Shown piece after piece: positions 37,598 to 40,460 of a stretch of DNA of 40,460 nt (positions are counted from its first letter, which is position 1; each line of letters begins with the position of its first letter). The translations under genes and the position numbers were made by a program. The stretch comes from an uncultured bacterium. Its GTDB lineage: Bacteria; Lernaellota; Lernaellaia; Lernaellales; Lernaellaceae. The notes beneath the pieces were generated by a model. The model was not told the DNA's origin. It worked only from the letters and a program-made list of their open reading frames with translations, and did no database searches. Location: assembly GCA_964534375.1 (NCBI GenBank), contig CAZHPN010000036.1, positions 1 through 40,460 of the forward strand, given 5' to 3'.

Positions 37598-40456
37598 ATG
37601 TACCGTTTGTCGCCCGTGGTTATCTGTGGTTTTGTCTTTGCATTAACCTGCTTCTCTTTCGCGACGTTAGCTTATCCGAACATAAATTCATCATGCCCGC
37701 CGGGGAACGACAACTACTCGGGTTGCGTGGGGTACGGAGTGTGCCATGATACCGATGGTGTTTGCATGCTTGGCCTCCAAGGCGCTCAGTGTACGGACGG
37801 TTCCGGGCAAACTGTACAACTTTCGTTTTGTTCCGAGAATAGCTCAGCTCAATGTTCGCCGCCGGGGTGCGGTGCCAACGCGATTTGCGACAGTCTCGGG
37901 GGGGCTGGGGCAGGGAAGGAATGTTTCGCCGGGGACGCGGGCAATTGCCCAGACTCTGTTTCTCGGGAAAAAGATAGTCGCTACAGCGGAATCATCATCG
38001 ACGAGCCCGATTGCACCTGGATCGACGGCTATTTCCCCTTCGATGAAGTTGTCGATTCGCCCAACGAGAACATGCCCTGGGACGAAGAGTCGTATTGGGC
38101 CTTTTATGCAGGATACCCGCAGAGCCTCTATCCAGAAGTCAACGACGGCTTGAACTACGACCCGACCAACCCGCCGACACGGAAATGCCGGTCGGGGTCG
38201 ACGGACGGCGGGGCTTGCCAATCCGACGACCCGGGACGAGATGAATGCTATTCGGCCGGTAATCCGGTGCGACTGACCAACGGACGAAAGTGGGAAAAAC
38301 CCGTCGATTTCACGTTCCGGTTGCCAAACGGCGACGAAGTCGAGTTCTGGCGGAAATACTCGAGCACCGAGGATATTGCAGCCCTCGTGCCCCTGGGAGA
38401 TCCTGGAATAGGCGGAATTTCTCAGGCCGCCGGGTACTTTGGCCCCGGCTGGTCGCACACATTTCGGTATTTTATTCCGGACCCGGGCGAATCGTTCATT
38501 ACGATGAACGTGAAGAATCCTTTGAATTCGCCAAGTTGCACGCCTACGCCGCCGCCGAACAACGGCGACCCCACCAGCGCAATTCGCGTCGTGACGCCGG
38601 ACGGGGAGATTGTTTCGTTCCTTATCGAACCCAACCGGGTCATGGCGAAGGATCCGAGCGAGCCGGACTTCGTATACATGGACTGGAAGACGGGAGTGAA
38701 TCAGTACACTGCGGCCGCCGGCGGTTCTTTTTCCCCAGGCTTGCCTCTGCTCCAGCAGCACTACCGTTATCATTTCCGCACGTTGTATCAGGTGGCGCCG
38801 AGCCTGCCGGATGGGAGCCCCGCAGGCCCCAATTGGGTGCGGATGGGACATATGTTTTCGGACGAGGAAACCGGATTCTCTTATTATTTCGACATATACG
38901 GGACGCTTCGAAAGATTTTGAAGGACGGCGCCGATTGGTGCCTGGTCTACCGCGAATCAGATGTCAGCCCGGGCGGCTCGCCCGACATTCACTACTTGTT
39001 CCTGCCCACGTCCACTAATCCCGCGGGATTGGGCCCGTGGTCCGGGTTTGACGTGCAAATGCACGTCGCTTCGGCCGCACCTTGGGCGACAGTTCTTTAT
39101 GTCACCGGACCGACGTACACGACAATTACTCCCGGTTCCAGAGGCAAGAAGACCGCCCCTCCTTTTCATCGTGCTGACTACATCTATGACGCCAACGATT
39201 CCTTGACGACCGTTACGTACTACAATTTGGCAGGCACGGCAGACGGCCTGAGTTATTCATACGGCTACGACGGCAACCCGCCGGATCGAACTCGAATAAA
39301 AATGGGCTCGAAGGCGAAATCGAAATCGAAGTCGCGGAGCCCGTATCCACCTTCGCTCACCAACATTCAGCAATGGCAAAACAACGCCGAAATATATTCC
39401 AACACGTACGTCTACCAAAGCCCGTATGGTTTTCCCGTGGTTACGACTGAATCGCGCGACGGCAATACCCTGTTCGATTTCGCTTATACGTGGACGACTC
39501 TTGCCGGTTCGCCTTTCATCTCCGAGACGGACGTCACCGAGCATCTAACGTCGACGGTGACGCAAACGGCGGTGAACCAGTTTACGGCGTACAACTACAA
39601 TCAAGGAGCGCTTTCCGACACCCTGCCGTCGCTCATGAGCAATTTCTGTTCCGGATGCGGCGGCAGCCAGGGCAATTCGTATTCGTGGCGCGACTCATCG
39701 CGACCCAAACATGTTCAAGACGCCATGGGCCAAAGCGATTGGTGTTACGTATATGGAACCGGGCAAAACGCTTGGGAAGACGATGTTCAGCCGGCGCTGG
39801 ACGCTCGATTCGTGTACATGCGGCAAGCAATATGGTGTCCGGGCACGCCCACCTTGAACTCCCCCTGCCCGGCGGTGCCGGCGGCCAATTGCCGCCAATA
39901 CCTCCTTTCGTATGACAGTGTCGACCCGTACGACGATACCCAGGTTCCCGCCCATAAGTATCATGGATATGGCACGGGCAAGCTGTTGCACGTCGCGGGG
40001 CCGGGCGTGTTCCAGGGTCAACAGAAAACAACCAACTACCAATATTACGAATCGGACCAGCCGATGCAGCCGCGACTTGCCGTTGCCGACGTCAACGGTT
40101 GGACCTGGGTAAGCGCCGGCGGCGGCTTGTATCAGTGGAACCCCGCGGACTACGTGGAGCATTTCGGCTGGAACGGCTTGATTCCGACTTGCTATCAAAA
40201 CCCCGAACAAAACAGCTCTCTGGCGCCAAACGCGACCGAAAACGCGTGCGTTGGCGACGCAACTCAATTCGGCTATGACAGCGATGAAGGTTGGCTGGCG
40301 TCAACGCAATTCGCCAACGGTGAGGCTTTCTATTACGCCAACTACAATGACGCCGTCGGCCGGCCGCGAACCGCGACCGATTCAAACGGCGTGAAGGTCA
40401 TCGTCCCGGCGCGTGTCAACGACTTTGAGACACCAACCCCAAAGAGATTAGTGTAG
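37598..40456 (+). CDS. Secreted Cys-rich RHS/YD-repeat protein (DUF6531-like N-domain), apparently truncated
   Basis: Signal peptide; GNPVRLTNGRKWEKPVDF...FWRKYSS...FGPGWSH; YIYDANDSL, FGYDSDEGWL, TDSNG repeats; no RHS core DPxG seen before the stop. Confidence 0.82.
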   Translation: MYRLSPVVICGFVFALTCFSFATLAYPNINSSCPPGNDNYSGCVGYGVCHDTDGVCMLGLQGAQCTDGSGQTVQLSFCSENSSAQCSPPGCGANAICDSLGGAGAGKECFAGDAGNCPDSVSREKDSRYSGIIIDEPDCTWIDGYFPFDEVVDSPNENMPWDEESYWAFYAGYPQSLYPEVNDGLNYDPTNPPTRKCRSGSTDGGACQSDDPGRDECYSAGNPVRLTNGRKWEKPVDFTFRLPNGDEVEFWRKYSSTEDIAALVPLGDPGIGGISQAAGYFGPGWSHTFRYFIPDPGESFITMNVKNPLNSPSCTPTPPPNNGDPTSAIRVVTPDGEIVSFLIEPNRVMAKDPSEPDFVYMDWKTGVNQYTAAAGGSFSPGLPLLQQHYRYHFRTLYQVAPSLPDGSPAGPNWVRMGHMFSDEETGFSYYFDIYGTLRKILKDGADWCLVYRESDVSPGGSPDIHYLFLPTSTNPAGLGPWSGFDVQMHVASAAPWATVLYVTGPTYTTITPGSRGKKTAPPFHRADYIYDANDSLTTVTYYNLAGTADGLSYSYGYDGNPPDRTRIKMGSKAKSKSKSRSPYPPSLTNIQQWQNNAEIYSNTYVYQSPYGFPVVTTESRDGNTLFDFAYTWTTLAGSPFISETDVTEHLTSTVTQTAVNQFTAYNYNQGALSDTLPSLMSNFCSGCGGSQGNSYSWRDSSRPKHVQDAMGQSDWCYVYGTGQNAWEDDVQPALDARFVYMRQAIWCPGTPTLNSPCPAVPAANCRQYLLSYDSVDPYDDTQVPAHKYHGYGTGKLLHVAGPGVFQGQQKTTNYQYYESDQPMQPRLAVADVNGWTWVSAGGGLYQWNPADYVEHFGWNGLIPTCYQNPEQNSSLAPNATENACVGDATQFGYDSDEGWLASTQFANGEAFYYANYNDAVGRPRTATDSNGVKVIVPARVNDFETPTPKRLV

Positions 40457-40460
40457 TTAT
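40408..40460. mobile_element. Possible insertion-sequence terminal inverted repeat
   Basis: GGCGCGTGTCAACGACTTTGAGACACC resembles IS256/IS3-type ends; it coincides with the loss of YD periodicity and with the window end. Confidence 0.35.

Overview
GC-rich bacterial chromosomal window. The gene content suggests a deltaproteobacteria-like/Myxococcota-like lineage (inference only). Left to right: a partial CoA-transferase; a minus-strand MoxR/DUF58/VWA operon; a lower-GC accessory patch with a frameshifted HEPN-motif-like membrane protein and a small basic IS-associated protein; a stand-alone gyrB followed by a B12-binding radical-SAM homologue lacking its CxxxCxxC motif and by queD; a cobalamin-riboswitch-controlled pair of surface proteins; a DUF4349 lipoprotein; a P1/S58 peptidase; a CI/LexA-like repressor that has lost its self-cleavage residues; a flippase-like gene, a GlpA-GlpB fusion and a frameshifted glpC; a Tat-exported SGNH protein; a TauE/DUF1634 plus MarR-CoA persulfide reductase-rhodanese sulfur cluster; a Ser/Thr kinase-cNMP protein; a nucleoside kinase; and a secreted Cys-rich RHS protein that seems cut by an IS-like end at the window edge. 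Paired 7-nt tandem-repeat arrays recur at gene junctions, and one pair forms the GlpA-GlpB linker. No rRNA, tRNA or CRISPR array was seen. All family assignments come from motif recognition by eye, not from database searches.
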